Translations under genes and position numbers: made by a program | Assembly (NCBI RefSeq): GCF_036321535.1 | Contig: NC_087436.1 | Span: 98,334,001 to 98,398,000, forward strand | Source: Camelus dromedarius | Taxonomy: Eukaryota | Length of the DNA: 64,000 nucleotides | Reading direction: 5' to 3' | The notes under the pieces: generated by a model | Database searches by the model: none | Told to the model about the DNA's origin: nothing | The model's input: the letters and a program-made list of their open reading frames with translations, nothing else | In this document: one piece after another, positions 62,405 to 64,000 of the stretch | Layout of the letters: the number at the start of each line of letters is the position of its first letter | How positions within the stretch are numbered: the first letter of the stretch is position 1

Positions 62405-63808
62405 CTTTTGCTTCTGGTCAAAACGGAATAACAGGGACTGGATTTACCTTCCCGCCTCAAACCACTAAAAAACACACACAATACATTAAACATACTGGAA
62501 ATTAGGCAACAAAAGACAATGGTCCCTGAGAAATGGGAACAAAATGAGATGAGCACTGTGATGTTTTCAATTCACCGCTTGGATGGGGCTTCCAGGCTGC
62601 GGCACAAGGAGAGGAGCCTAGGAAAATCCTCCTCGAGGTGAGGAGAAGAGGCTTTGTTTTTGGAAGTCCAGAGCTGTTGGGATTTACAGAGGAAATCACT
62701 GAAGAAAAGAAAGTGGCACAGAGAAAAAGTCCTGAAAATCCTCACTGGGTCTGGTTTGAGTCTTCAGGAGGATCAGCATTACTCTTCCTTGTACTATAAA
62801 GGGCCTGGAGTAGTTCCCATTACAGCCAGCCACAGTGGAAATCCTCATAAGAAATGGGGCATCTGGTAGACTATTTAGAATTGTTTTCACTCAAGATTTG
62901 GATAAAATTATCCTACCTGAAACATTAATCTTTTCCCATCTAACAAGGCTTAAAAACAACAAGTAACAGGATCAGACTAGTTCCAAGTTACTAGCTGAAT
63001 CCCAGAGCAAAAACTTGAGGATTTTCATAAGAAACCAAAAGTATTATGTGTATCTAAAGGTAAAATACAATGTCTGACACTGAACAAAAATTACTAGTTA
63101 TACAAGAAAGTAGAAATTGTGACCTGTGAGGAAAAGGAAAATAAGCAATCAAAACTGACTCGGAATTGAAAGAGATGGTTAAATTCATTAATAAAGACAT
63201 TAAAACAGTTATACAACTGAATTGTATATGTTCTAGAAGCTAAATGAAAAAAAAATGATCATATGAAGTAGAGAGTAGGAACATATAAGAAAGATTAAAG
63301 TGAAATTTCTAGAGATAAAAATTACAATATTTGAAATAAAATTATACAGCATGAGATTAACAGCAGATTAGACATTACATAAGGAAAGGCCAATGAACTT
63401 GAATAAACAGCAATAAAAATTATCCAAAATGAAATACAGAGAGCAGAAAGTATGTTAAAAAAAATCAACAGAGCATCAGTTAGTTGTGGGACAACTCCAA
63501 GTGGCTTATTATATATACAATTAGAATTCTTGAAGAAGGGGGAGCAGAAAAAATTTATTTTATAATAATGGCTAAAAATTAACCAAATGTGTTGAAACTA
63601 TAAATTCATATATCAAAGAAGTTAATTAAACCCAACCACAAGAAATATAGATTAAAAAATGCACAATTGAATTGCTTACAACCAGCAAAAGAGAGAAAAT
63701 CTTAAAAGCAAAAAGGAAACCTTGAAAGGAAAAAGGTACATGATGTGCAAAGGATAAAAGGTAAGAATGACAGCAAATTTTCATTAGCGGCAATGCAAAC
63801 CAAAAGAC
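62405..63808 (+). mobile_element. old L1 5'UTR and ORF1 remnant
   Basis: ggaataacagggactggatttaccttcccgcct start; ORF1-like gagattaacagcagattagaca...aatgaacttgaa...agagcatcagttagttgtgggacaac...agagaaaatcttaaaagca. Confidence 0.8.
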
Positions 63809-64000
63809 TGTTGTAGAGTTTGGGAACCTTCTACAATATTGCTCTCATTTCTGACACCAGTGTTAAGTGTGGGGCCCCCAAGATGATCTTCAGTTGATAA
63901 TTTACTCAAAGACTCACAAAACTCACTAAAACCTGTTATACTCACAGTTACTATTTCTTACAACAAAAGGATACGGATTAAAATCAGCTAATGAAGACAT
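63809..64000 (-). mobile_element. MER21C-like LTR, cut by the window end
   Basis: ctcatttctgacacca, gactcacaaaactcactaaaacctgttatactcacagtta, aaaggatacggattaaaatcagc. Confidence 0.8.

Noticed and set aside
1..64000. CRISPR array, operon or novel multi-gene system
   Set aside because: No regularly spaced repeat-spacer array, no long ORFs and no CpG island; the content is ordinary mammalian non-coding DNA.

Overview
AT-rich mammalian non-coding DNA with no recognisable intact protein-coding gene, rRNA, true tRNA or CRISPR. Four tRNA-Ala-derived SINEs of the vic-1 type and the young L1 3' ends point to a camelid (alpaca, llama or camel); this is recognition from memory, not a database result. 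Much of the window is a layered transposon record: MIR, L2 and CR1/L3 fossils, MaLR/ERVL/ERV1 solo LTRs, old and young L1s, MER58, and a near full-length Tigger1 carrying a nested Tigger1 MITE. The ORFs I could recognise are decayed L1 ORF1/ORF2 or Tigger1 transposase fragments; the rest look like chance frames. I found no convincing new multi-gene system. The most interesting signals are mechanistic: (i) about 0.8 kb of unique-looking, 3'UTR-like DNA captured inside an MLT1 LTR; (ii) a probable short L1 3' transduction of Tigger1 sequence; (iii) a twin-primed L1 inversion covering the L1 G-quadruplex tract; (iv) a 64-bp L1 stub with a perfect 12-bp TSD; (v) a Tigger1-in-Tigger1 nest creating long inverted repeats; (vi) two enhancer-like unique segments. 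Repeat subfamily names come from recalled consensus sequences, and boundaries of old repeats are approximate.
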